Source: Camelus ferus (lineage: Eukaryota). Taken from it: 64,000 nucleotides of DNA. Under the pieces are notes generated by a model that searched no databases, was not told the origin of the DNA, and saw nothing but the letters and a program-made list of their open reading frames with translations. Both the position numbers and the translations under genes were made by a program. The DNA is taken from the NCBI RefSeq assembly GCF_009834535.1, contig NC_045696.1, forward strand, positions 112,594,001 through 112,658,000. Reading direction: 5' to 3'. How positions within the stretch are numbered: position 1 is the stretch's first letter; every line of letters starts with the position of its first letter. This document shows, in pieces, positions 12,361 through 24,872 of this stretch.

Positions 12361-14449
12361 CAATTTTTTAACATTGGACACGTTATAATTACTTAATCAA
12401 AAGAAGATAAGTATTAAACTCAATGTTCTAAGCATGATTTTAGTCAGTTTAAGTAAATTTCTTAGAATGTACAGCAAAAGCCATATATTCTAAACTCTAA
12501 ATGTGTACTTTGAACCTCCTAATAAGATCTTTTATCAACATATCAAAATGTTGCACACAAATGACAGTTGATCAGATTTATAAAATAACCTAGGAAACAA
12601 TATTGTTAAAAACCTCACATATGCAAATAATTGCAAATAATTATACTTTTAATTGTACACTTTCTGTAAGATATTGAAAACATCATCTATGTAAGTGAAT
12701 AAGGAGCCATACCTTACTAAGAATCATTCAGTTTCTTGGACAAAAAGGAAATATAACATGAAGTGTTGATGTCTTGCTTCACAGAAATAGAAATGGAAAA
12801 GTAGCCACACAAGGAGTTAACACAGGAAGTATTTTGACAGTGATTCACTTTCAGAAGTCTTATCAGTCTTCAAAATGGATTGAACTAAATTTAGCATCGT
12901 TTGTTATAGATGTGTTTCTGAACTGTCTTCTGTCCTTGTTGTGTATTAAATTAATTCTTTTGATCTCAAAAACATCGATTTTCTACCACTAAACAGTATC
13001 ATCGGGATATATCTTAAAAGATGCTAACACCCAGGTGTAACACATGCATTTTACAGCGTTTTAGTGGATCAGTGTTGAAGAGATTGGAATTTGAGTGCTA
13101 ACACGGCCCAGCAAAATTATAATTTGATAGTTCTTACAATACAGATCACTAGCCTCACTTCCTCTATAACCCATCCTGAGACATGGAACTGTATTTTCCT
13201 CAGGAGGGATGATTTGTCTCAAACACTGATCCCTTTAATAGGCACTTGTATATAATCTCACAGTGAATACTTTTATCTCAGTGAGGTTCCTTACGTGACA
13301 CTTGACTTGGAAATCCGCCCAGTGGTAGAGGTGACCGCAATGGCAGTCAATGGAAATGTCCCAAGCCTCTACTCATTTCCTTGTTATGTTTGTAGATTAT
13401 TCTTGAGAGAATTTCCAAGGTTGATTTTTCAACTTAGTGAACCACTAAAAACATGGTATGACCTGAACACAGTGAGTGTGGAGGAACAAGCAACACATCT
13501 GAAAAAGACCCCAAGGTCCAGTTCTGAGTTGCCTGGACATGAGTCACCTCCTCTCTTGTGCTAGGAAGGGCACTGCACCCCAAATCAGCTTCCAAGGGGA
13601 CTTCTGTCCTCACTTCATCAGGCTCCCTTCCCCACATGGAAGGAATAACCCTCTTCCCCTGGGATTTAAGGTTTCGGGGTGCTGGGCAGCTGGCTCTCCA
13701 AGACAATGCTGAATAGTTGATAGTCCCAAATCCTGTCTGCCTAGAGCTCAGCTCATCCAATTATTTCCCACCCAGAAGGCTGCTCCTCATGCTTCCCCCA
13801 GAAAAGGAAGCAGAATGTGGGAGAACATTCTGCATTTGGAACAGAACTGTGACCCACCACGCATCTTGGTGGGTGAGGGAGCTGGGGATCCCACGCACCC
13901 CCTTCTCTTGCTGATCCTAACTGTAACTTCTCCCTTTCCCCACAAAGTCTATTTCTGAAGCCATGCCGGGGAACAATATGGAATTCACCTGGAAGCAACG
14001 GTGCAGAAGAGGACGCAGCACAAGAGGGCCTTGTCCTGTATTACAGTCAGCCATGAGCTAGCTTCCCTATGCACACATCAGTTTGATGGTTTACCAGATG
14101 GCTGTGCTGATGCAGGTCTCAAAAGGTGAACAGGAGTTGGGAGTTGAGTGGATGTGAGGGGTGGACCTGAGGATCAAAAAAGTGAGTCGTGCAGAGGAAA
14201 ATTTCATACAAAGGCCTAAGGAACAAAATAGTTCACTGAGTACCTGGACTTACAGGCAGTTTAGTATGGATGACATGGGAAGTGTGAGAAAGTAGCAGGA
14301 GAGGAAAAGAGGAGAGGAGGGAAACAAGCGGGTGTGATGGCCTTGACCACCAGCACAGAAGTCAGACTTCACCCTGGAGGACTGGTCCCCAGATTGGCAA
14401 CTGCTAGCCACCTGAAAATTCCGAGTCCCTGTGGAATTCAGGACCACTG

Positions 14450-14667
14450 TTTTTCTTTTCTTTCTCTTTTTTTTTAATTGAAGTATAGTTGATTTACAAT
14501 GTTAGTTTCAGGTGTACAGCAAAGTGATTCAGTTATACACATACATACACATTTTTTTTTCTTTTCAGATTCTTTTCTGTTATATGTTATTACAAGAAAT
14601 TGAGTATAATTCCTTGTGCTATACAGTAGGACCTTGTTGTTTATCTCTTTTATATGTAGTAATGTGT
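14450..14667 (-). mobile_element. Cetartiodactyl-type L1 3' end
   Basis: Poly-T then aattgaagtatagttgatttacaatgttagtttcaggtgtacagcaaagtgattcag. Confidence 0.85.
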
Positions 14668-14790
14668 GTACAAACTACTACATGTAAAACAGACAAACAA
14701 CAAGATCCTACTGTATAGCACATGAACTATATTTAATATCCTGTAATGAACCATAATGGAGAAGAATCTGAAAAAGAATATATATGTAAA
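14668..14790 (+). mobile_element. L1 3' UTR fragment in opposite orientation, abutting the previous element
   Basis: aaacaacaagatcctactgtatagcac...gaatctgaaaaagaatatata. Confidence 0.8.
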
Positions 14791-16907
14791 ACTCTTCAAA
14801 AGGACAGCAGTCAAAGGAGAAGGGAGCAGAAGCAGATGAAACGTTTCTCCCTAAGAGAGGGCAAAAAATCCAAGAGCAGAGACAGATGGGAGAGGACAGG
14901 GGAGGAGTACTTGAAGGATCCAGGGGTCCCTGAAGAAGGAGAATGAAAGCAAAAGGGTAGCACCAAGAGCCCCAGGGAAGGGACCTGCCCGACACAGGAG
15001 GACGCACGCCCCTCCTGCACACACCTGCAGGAAGGACAGAGATAGAAGTTCCAGGATGTGCAAGAAGTTCAGCTTCTTTATTTTCGATAACTTCAATTTT
15101 ATCAACCAAATAGAAAGTAAGGCTACCAAGTAAGGTTAGAAAGGTGTTCGACTGGGGACAGGCAGGAAGTGGGGAAGATAACAGAGCTGCAGTTCTTTAA
15201 AAAGAAATCAAACTTTTCACCAGTTCAGAATATATTTCCCCTGATCGGTGGGAATTAGTGGTCTTCTCTAATTACACTGGATTTATGAACAGGCTCGGCA
15301 CACAGGAGATTCCATTCCCTACTCTATTTCAGCTTTCACTGCTTGACGCTTTCTTTCCGCTAACCCAAGTTACACTGACATGATCTTTGCCTTCCCACCA
15401 AGAAGTGTTCATTTTAACTGGCAGGCAAATGATATTACACTCGGAAGGCCCATCACGCTCAATGACCATTAAACCATTACACTTAAGAACTGCCTCGCAA
15501 GACAGAGACTCCAAGTGCTTCACACAGTATCACTGTTTAACGCTCAGCATTTTATAAACAGGGAAATGTCATCACCAAACTCACGTGAATTCCTTCAGTT
15601 TTACACAGAACATCTGTGGCTGGTTAGCTGGGTTGGTTCATCCGTGAAGTTAAATGACCAAAGTCTTGGGTGGAACCCTTGTAGAGCTCTGTTAGCACGG
15701 CTCTATTTATAAGCCACTTATCCGCAGCCCGTTAGATGAGACATCTCACAGAGGGGGCTCAGATTTAAAGAGGGGGGTGGCCATCACCTCATCAACCAGC
15801 CTCCTGTCTCCTTATTCAGCATGGACCCTTCATATTTACAAGGCTCTTCTCCTTTCTGGCCACGGTGTCTCTGTGCCTTTCCCCAAATTCTTCCTCCCAC
15901 TGATTTATTCTGTTCCCGGACGATCCCTCTCTGCGCTTCAAAGTGTGCCTCAATTTTACTCCAGTCCCACTTTTTTTCTCAGCGGATTCCAGCTATGCTA
16001 AGTCTCCCCTAAGCTGAACTACAGGAATCTATACTCTATAATTTAGTTCACAATTATACTCAGTTTGAGACTGTAAGCTGCCAAGGGCAGGTAACACAGG
16101 TATAGCACAATATAATATTAAGAGGAGATTTTTTTTTTCTATTTCAAGGGCAGTACTTCCTATATAGGTAACCCTGGGTAATGCATCTAATCTCTCTGCA
16201 CGTTCACTTTCTCATTTGAAAGATGAAACCCCCACGATTATCATTTTCTGCCTCACACTTTTTAATCACTTCGGTCTTCAGTAGCACTCAGGCAACACCT
16301 GATGACTGCAGAAGTCTGGTCTGTGAATAGATAAAGAAAACTCAGTTCATACTTATGATGATATTTGGGATAGCAAATATCTTCATTTAGCAGTCCAGAG
16401 CAGCACAGGGCAGAAAAAGAAATGAAATGTGATTATTCAGAGTTTTTCCCTGCTTCTTCACAACACGTCCTTTCCATGATGTGGATGTTTATCCTTCTCA
16501 CTAGGAAGAGGAACCAACAAACTCCTTTGCTAAACCTTAAACCAACCTGAAACCCCTCCACTGAAGCTGTGACCATCAAGAGGAAGGAAACAGAGTGATG
16601 GGGTCAGGCCTTTTGTGCTAAGCTTTCTATGAACTGGGCTTTAAAAGATCAACAAGATATGAGCTGCACAAAAGATCTACCACTAGGACGGACCTTGGAC
16701 CCAAGAGCAAAGTGAAAGGAGACTGGATAGAAGTTCTGCTAAAATCCAGAACCATAAAGATTTAAAGGAAGAAAAGGATACATGTTGCCATCTTTTTGGT
16801 TTCCTCATATGATCAAAAAATCCTAGAGTCTACAGAGAAATACCTGTAATTACCTCCTCGCTATCTTGGGGAAACATGACAGTGGCTTCTAATTCTAGCT
16901 TTTCCTC

Positions 16908-16950
16908 AAAAAAAAAAAAAAAAAAAAAAAAAAAGAAAGAAAAAGAAAAA
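16908..16950 (+). repeat. Poly-A / A-rich tract
   Basis: Long A run followed by gaaa units. Confidence 0.9.
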
Positions 16951-17062
16951 GGTCCTAGGTTCTAGATTGTCTTTTATACAAAGAATATAATTCAGTTTTC
17001 TTAATTTTCTTCTGGTTAAAAAAAGCCAACAACTTTGAGATACTTTTTTTTTTAAACATGCG

Positions 17063-17225
17063 TTTTTTTTTTTTTTTTTTTCAGATTCTTTTCCATTACA
17101 GCTCATTACAAGAAATTGAATATAGTTCCCTGTGCTATACAGCAGGTCCTTGTTGTTTATCTATTTTATATATAGTAATGTGTATCTATTAATCCCAAAT
17201 TCCTAATCTATCCCTCCCACCCCCT
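17063..17225 (-). mobile_element. Cetartiodactyl-type L1 3' fragment
   Basis: Poly-T + cagattcttttccattacag...gtgctatacagcaggtccttgttgtttatc. Confidence 0.85.
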
Positions 17226-17332
17226 AAAAAAATACAAATTGTATTTACAAACCAGAGATACTCTTAGACTGAAGTTTAATGACCACAACTGGACATTCTG
17301 GAAGTCCAATGGCATTAGTCCAAAGAGAACCA

Positions 17333-17540
17333 ACTGCCAGATTTAACAAATAAAAACACAGGTCACCTAATTAAATTTCAATTTCTGATAAACAACAAAT
17401 ATATTTTTAGCCTAAATATGTCCCAAGTATAAATATACCCCAAATGATGCCTGGAATATACAGACACTAAAAATGTTATTTGTTGATTATCTGAAATTCA
17501 AATTTAACTGGGCAGTCCATATTTTTTCTGACAATCCTAG
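17333..17540. mobile_element. MER53-like palindromic hAT element
   Basis: tgccagatttaacaaataaaaacacagg...ttatctgaaattcaaatttaactggg...tctgacaatccta; self-complementary arms. Confidence 0.8.
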
Positions 17541-18289
17541 AAGTAACTTTAATTCAAAGTGCTTCTTGGTGGACAAGTAGTGGGGAAAGCTTGGTGACTA
17601 TGTTGTGTCTACTCCTGAAGGTGACCGGCTTTGGTTTGGAACAGACCTAGACACTTTTATCCTCATTTCCTCATTTCTCCAATCTGTGAAGTGTGAGGTA
17701 GGATATTGCAATGTTTCCTGGGCCTGCCCTGGGAAGTAAATGTAATGATAGTCCCGTTATAAGATAAACGTCCTTCATTTTTTGACTCCCTTAAATTGCT
17801 TATGTATGTATCTTATTGATCAGAGTAATTAATTTATAAGACTTACATGTAAGTGAAATAAGAACAAAACTATTTGGGTTTCAATTCCACTCTTGGGCAT
17901 CACCATGAACTTGCAGGCATAGCTCAGTCACTCAGTGATGGGAAGGCATTTTCTCCTCAGCTTTGATGCATTCTCTCAACCAAATAAATCAATTTAAAAC
18001 TCATCTTGACACTCACTCACCCCATCATTTCAATGTAGGGAAAAGAAAAAAAAGGAAAGAGATTGAAACCAACTAACCCAATTACTTTCTCGAGATACAG
18101 TCTCCTTAAGTGTTGCCTCAGACCATGTCTGACCTCTTGAACTCACAGCGGGGAAATTAAGGCAGAAAAATCTAGCAGTTTAAACCACTACAGCTTCAAG
18201 ACTTGGTAAGATTTAATCTCTGAGGCTCCCTAAGGCAAGTAAAGTTGAGCAAAATAACCAAAGAGTAACATGTTGAAGAATGGTTTATT

Positions 18290-18622
18290 TTTTTATATTT
18301 ACTTTTTTTATTAATAGACTTTATTTTTTAGAGCAGTTTCAGGTTCACAGCAGAATTGAACAGAAAATACAGAGAGTTCGCACACAGCCCTCCCCAATCA
18401 TACATATATAATCCCCTCCCCTCAACATCCCTCATCAGTGTGGCATATTTGGTACAATCGATGAACCAACATGGCCACATTATTATCAACCAAAGTCCAC
18501 AGTTTACATTAGGATTCACACTTGATGTTGTACATTCTATGGGTTTTGACAAATGCATAATGACATGTAGCCACCACTATAGTATCATACAGAACAACTG
18601 CTTTGCCCTAAAAATCCCTCTT
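18290..18622 (-). mobile_element. L1MA/MB 3' end
   Basis: ttttagagcagtttcaggttcacagcagaattgaacagaaaatacagagagttc...ctttgccctaaaaatc. Confidence 0.85.
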
Positions 18623-19709
18623 TGAATGGTTTCTTTTTAAGGACCAAAAATGACCCTAAACGCTGAACATTTAGGAGGGAAGAAGTTACAGAAGTTCAAG
18701 GTTATCATATTAAGTTACCAAAGCACAATGACACAGGTAATGCATCAGGGAGAGGTGGGTTGAATGCAAAAACAAATAAAAACACAAACAAGCCTTAGAT
18801 AACTGGGTACAAGAAATCAAGGAATATTTTGCCTTGGATGACTTTAACCAACTTCAAGGACATCATGGCAGACATAATACCTTATTTACCTCAGAGTTCC
18901 TTTCATCACAGAGTGGACCAAGAAGCATTTCTATTTCTTAATATTATTGATTGGCTTGAGCAAACCAAAAAAGGAAAAGAACTAGTTCCCCCTAAGTAGT
19001 CTCCTGAATGTTCAACCCAGGAAACCTCACCAGGATGTTAAAAACCCCTCAGGATGACTCCCTGAGCATGCCATAGTAGGTCTACAACCTGGCCTCTCCT
19101 TGGGAAGGCCTTTGGAACCTCATGTGTTAATTTTCACACCTGGAAAATTCCACTACTAGGGCATTTCAAATAATTAAATGGGGACCAAGATACAAACATA
19201 TGAGAAGAATAAAGATTATCAAAATATTGTACCTATTCAAGAATCATTTTGGGGAAACTTGCTATAAATGCAGATTACCAGTCTCCAGCACAGGGATTCT
19301 GACACGGTAGGTCTAAATTTTCCTGTTTTTTGTTTATTTGCTTGTTTTATTTACAGTGTGTGTGATATATATTGATCATGTACTTTGAGCAATGTAACGT
19401 GCCAAGCACTGGAATTTCAGAAATATGAATGTACACAATCTCTTCTCAAAAGTTTACCTTCATTCAAAGATTTTATTTTTCAGAGCAGACCTACAGAGGG
19501 CAAGTATTAGTCCTGCTTTACAGAAGAGAAAGCAGAAATCCAAAAAGACCACAGAATATACTCAAAAAAATATAGCTAGTATGGGCAGAAGCCAAATCCA
19601 GAAACAGGTAAGTTCATTCATTCATTCATTCATTTATTATTACTCACACCTTTTCCCTAACAACTTTCCTCACTGTCCCCTCTAAAGTGAAGAGGACTTT
19701 CCTCAATGT

Positions 19710-20712
19710 CCCCTCACTCTGGGTACTTACTGTCCTCTGAACCTACTAGACACATGGCTGCCGCAGGACCTTTGTTTTTCTTCTCTATGCCTGAAGGGTT
19801 CTTCCCCATCACCCTTCACTTCCTTCAGTCTTTGATGAAGTTTCACCTCCTCAGTGAGAACTTCCATGAACATATTATTTAAAATTATAACCTTCGCCTC
19901 CCCTAGAACACCCTGTTCTCCTTCCCTATCTCCCCTATCCTTCCAAAGCATGGCATTTAATGGATGAAGTGAAGACACTCCATCTTACAAATTTTACATG
20001 TAGCACACCAATCACTCCAAGTGATTTATGCATGTGTACGTATTTGTTTCTTGCCTGTCCTTCCAGGTGTTTCTCAAACCCGGGCTGCATAAGAATCACC
20101 AGAAAGACTTACTAAAACACAGATTTCTCATTCCTGCCCCAGAAATTTGATTGAAGTGATGGTAATGGTGGTCAGCAAGCCATTTGAATAGCCATGTCCT
20201 AAGGCACTAGTTCTCATCCGGGATGCTCCTGCCCCCCCCCCCCCCCCGGAAACCACTTCTATTATCTGGATACATTGTTTTATTGTCAGAACTGAGGCAA
20301 GGGAGCTACTTGGCATTTCATGTTTTCAAGATCCTGCCATGCACTCCTAGGATGGCCCACCATAACACACAATTATCCAGCCACAAATGTCAGTATTGCC
20401 GAGGTTGTGAAACCCTGCCTGAGAAGAATGCATCTCAAACTCTAGCATGCATCAACACCTGCAGGGATTGTTAAAAATTATATTGTCGGACTGTACCCCC
20501 CAAACTTTCTGACTTGTTAAGTAGGTGCAGTGTGGGGCATGACAATTTACATGCTACTGGGTACTCAAGTAACGGAGACGCTGTTGGCCCATCACCCACT
20601 CTTAGAGAACAGGTTAGTAGAAGGAACACTCCACAAGGCAGGGATCTTGGTCCCTTTCACTCACTGTTGTTTCCCCAGCAACAGAGTGTGGCACACATAG
20701 TCACTTAAGTGT
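19710..20712. mobile_element. L2 3' region broken by nested MER5A (20068-20160, 20428-20610) and MER20 (20207-20420) insertions
   Basis: L2 motifs (tcacctcctcagtgagaacttcc; caaggcagggatcttgg...gtggcacacatag) flank recognisable MER5A/MER20 sequence. Confidence 0.7.
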
Positions 20713-21783
20713 CTAATTTTTCAGTAAGAGTCCCCCTATCCTAGCCCCAACAAGGTGATTCTTATATACCAATGATCCTTGTAACAGGCACTGAGAAACA
20801 AGAATTTTTTTTGTTTGTTGAACGTTGTTCTGGAAGCAACTGTGAGACCTCTTCTCTTCCCACTGACTCCTCAGCTCTTAAGGAGGTCTGGTGGGAACCA
20901 TGAGTGGGCCCAGGCACACGTCACTGTCTGCCCGCAGGTGCTCAAGTTACGCCTCCACAGCGAGATCCTCCCAAAAAACCAGCCAAATGCAAGTCCCTGC
21001 ATTTTTCATTTATTTATTTATGATGCAACTGCATGGTCTGACAAGCACCTGTCAAGCAATTCCCATTGTGAAAAAGTAAGGCCAGAGAATTCACACACAC
21101 ACCTACAGACACACATAAACACATATACACTTAGTTCTTAAATCTGATGCTTCAGTGAGTTCCCTGGCATTTTTAACACCTGGGACTTGGGGTATCTTCT
21201 CGAATACACCTGTGCTTCTATAACCTCATCTGTGGCAGTGGTTCCTTCTCTTTAAGATGGTATCCAATTACCTCTCCTTCTATCATTTTCCAGGGGAATA
21301 TTAAATTCAGTTCCTTTTAACCTGTGCCCAAGGCCAGCAATGGGCAGTTGATCTCCATAATTCAAACCTGCCTGATATCTCAGATTCAATTGCCCTGCTT
21401 AAGACAGGTGCTTAATGAAGAACTGGTGAGTGAGAAGTTTAATGGCTAAAGTGAAGATACTCCATCTTACAAATCCCATTCTACTCGTGTAGTATCATCA
21501 GCCAGTGTTATTGATTTGCATTTACTGACTGGACTTTCTATCGTTTTCAGATATTAGTATCCTCGGCCAGTGCCTGCGGGCTATTAGTTTCAGGGTTAAG
21601 CTTGCCTACTGAATTGAGAAAGCTGAAGCATTCACGATCTCTGGGAGACTCCAACACATTTCAGGAAGTGAAAAGGTATTTCACTGATTGTCTTCATCTT
21701 ACAACAATGAGAACATATGTGGAAATCATCAAAATCTTAAAAAGCAGCATTACTGAGTTACAATTTACATGCTGTGAAATTCA

Positions 21784-22508
21784 TGGTCAAACCCAAGTTC
21801 ATGTGCCTGACGCATGGTGAAGCCAAACTGATACTTCTGAGTTTGGTGCAGAGAAGGGTTTATTGCAGGGTCAAGCAAGGAGGACAGGTGGCTCATGTTC
21901 AAAAGACCCAAACTCCCTGATGGTATTCAGGGAAGAGTTTTTAAGGCAAATTTTGGGGGAAGGGTGGCAGGGTGTGTGAGCATCCTCTGACTGGTTGGTG
22001 GGGAGGTAACCGGGTGGTGTTTCAGGAATCTCAACCATCAGCCTTCTGGTTTTAACCAGTCTGGAGTCTATGTGCTTGTGCTCAGCCTGAAGTTACCACC
22101 CTCCACCTGGGTGGAAGCTTACGTCCTGCAGAAGAACTCGAAGATATGTATTATATTGTTATTTATCTCCCATGAGTTGGAACCAGGATTCTGCTTTATC
22201 GCCGCACTATTGTTTCTTGACTGCTCTCCCTTTGTTTTCATATTCCTTCACTTCTCTAATTAGTAACTGTTTGAATCTGCCCTTTGGAACTCAGGGAAGG
22301 CGTACAAACAAGAAATGGGGGACACAGAAACACTTTTTTACCCAGCAGGGCTCCACAGGGTCCTGCACCATTTCAGTCCCCTCTTTGTCTGATACTCCTC
22401 AATCTTGATAGGGAATAGGTGAAGGACAAGAAAGGGGAAAAGGGTTTGGATAGAGAGTTTCATCATAAACTCAGCAGAGAAACTCAGCTGCAGGGAGACT
22501 TGGTTTCA
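21784..22508 (-). mobile_element. ERV solo LTR (ERV1/MER4-group-like) inserted into an L1MB 3' end
   Basis: TG...CA termini, direct repeat AATTCA at 21778-21783 and 22509-22514, minus-strand AATAAA near 21860; L1 sequence resumes across the insertion. Confidence 0.85.
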
Positions 22509-23145
22509 AATTCACCCATTTGAGTGTACAATGTAATGATGTTTGGTAAATTTGCAGAGCCGTGTAGCTATCACCACTGTTGAATTTTAGACCATTTCCA
22601 TCATCCCAAAGAGAAACCTCAAGCCCATCTGCAGTTACCTGCCACCAGCCCCAGTCAACTCCTAATTCACTTGCTGTCTCTAGATTTGCCTTCTACAGAA
22701 ATTCCATATAAATGGAATCACACAATGTGCGGTCTTTTGTGCCTGGCCCTCTTCACCTAGCATACTGTTTTTGAGGTTCATGCATGCTGTAGCCTTTATC
22801 AGAATTTCATTCCTTTTTATTGCCAAATGGTATTCATTGTCTAGAGGCATGGCAATTTGTTTATCCACTCACCAGTTGATGGACTTTTGTTTTGTTTTGG
22901 TTATCAGGAAGAATGCTGCTGTGAACATCTGTGTACCAGCCTTTATGGGGCCACATTTTCATTTCCCTCGGGTAGATTCCTAGAAGTAGAATTTCTGGGT
23001 CATATGGTAAATCTATCTTTTACATTTTAAGAAAACACTAAACTGTTTTCCAAAGTGGCTGTGTCATATTACAGTCCCACCAGCAACGTAAGGGGGTCCC
23101 AGCTTCTCCACATCCTCTCCGACACTTGTAATTGCCGGTCTTTGG
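22509..23145 (-). mobile_element. L1MB 3' region (terminal piece at ~21745-21783)
   Basis: catataaatggaatcacacaatgtg, ttttccaaagtggctgt, tctccacatcctc motifs. Confidence 0.85.
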
Positions 23146-23274
23146 TTCACTCTAAATGTTCAAATAAGAGTGATTTCAAATTTATACCACAAATATAAAA
23201 ATACACCTTACATAAGAGTAGTCCCTCAATAAATGTTATGTTCTTTAAATATATAACTGTTAACCAATCATTAA

Positions 23275-23415
23275 CACAATGAGATATTATCTATAGGGAA
23301 TATAGATATTATCAATATTTACAAATGAAGAAATAAGGCTCAGAAAAATTAAACCGTTGCCCGTGGAACCCCAGCAAGCAGATGGCAGGATCTGAATTCA
23401 ATGCCAGATGTGCAT
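23275..23415. mobile_element. MIR
   Basis: tttacaaatgaagaaataaggctcagaaaaattaa core. Confidence 0.6.
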
Positions 23416-24872
23416 AACAGAGAACTCAAAGAGTTATTCATGCAGAAGTTAAGACATATTTGAAATATAAGCACAGGTTTCTTCTTACAAGTATGGCCAA
23501 GACACTTCTGCTAATGTCATTAAAGAGAGGAGTTCAGAAACAATAAATTCAACTCTTTCTAATAACTACAGATTTCCTTTTGAAGAAATTAAACTGAAGT
23601 TCTAGAGAACAATTTCATCTCGAAATCTTCTCTTCAGATGTTAAATCCCATAGTTGCAGTTTTGATTCAGGATTTAACTAGCAAGATATTTATGACAATC
23701 AAAACTCAAATGGAACATACTTCATAGCAATGAAATTGCTGAATGGTTTTTATTAACTGTACTGAATCACTTGCTACCGTCTACAGATGTGAATTCTGAC
23801 AACTGCTGTTCATGTCTGAGTGCTCAAAACACATTTATTGCAGTTTCTGAAGTCCTGTCTATGATCAAAGAGTACTGACGTTTCATCCGGCACACCTGCC
23901 ATTACAAACTGGCTGCTGGCAGAAGGTGATGGCCGAAGTCCTTGGTTGGAACTGCTCCAGCTCAAAATCATTAACTCACTTTTCTCTGGCTTACACTTCT
24001 TGATCTACCCACTCTCCTACCACCAATCATGAATCCATCTGCTCTGTTCACTGTCATTTAAAAGGTCATTCTACTGTCTCAAAGCCTAGTTTTCCTCTGT
24101 CTTGGAGATGCTCTGAACACTGATTAGAAATCCCCAACATTTCAGAATAGACAGCTTTATTCCTTTCAGAGTCATTTTTGGCCTATTGGACCCACGTGGT
24201 TAGCTAATGAACACTTGTTTCCCTCTTCTGTTTTAGAATACCTGGTGATATAGATCGTTGCTACTCAAAGTATAAATATCCCATGGAAATTTGTCAAGCA
24301 GAGTTTGCAAAACTGATCTAAGTAAGGCACAGCTCAAATACTTCCATGTCTATTCAAAAGATACTTTTTCAGTCCCCATTATATGCTAGCCACTGGGACA
24401 CCATGGTAAAAAGACAAACGTGGAATTTGCAGTCTATTGGGAAAGAAAACCTAATCAACCCTGGGTGGGCCTGAAATTCTCTAACACCTATTGTCTGTAC
24501 TGCCTGTTAGGCACTTAATGTTTACCATGTTGTATCCGAGCCTCCTTTCGCATGGAGACTGCAAGCTCCTTAAAATACAGGGATTCGTGTATTGGCCTTA
24601 GGGCCTTGAATATGGTACCCAACGAAAGCCTGCTGCCATGTTTGTTCATAAATGAGGGCTCTGGATACTGGTATATGAGAAGGTGTTGTCAGAGTGATGG
24701 TGTATCTTCATTCACATGAAAGGCAGACCTCAACCACCACATTTCCAGCAGTTGTTCAACAGCTGAAGCAAAGGTCTTTACCCTGCCACGGGACAGCAGA
24801 GTCAATGAGTTCTTGTCCTTTCATAGACTAACCAGACCCAGCAACCCAGAATATGGTCATATAACAATATCT

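Noticed and set aside
14851..15129. Possible minus-strand exon (pyrimidine tract + CAG at ~15026)
   Set aside because: Acceptor-like but no convincing donor or recognisable peptide; insufficient support
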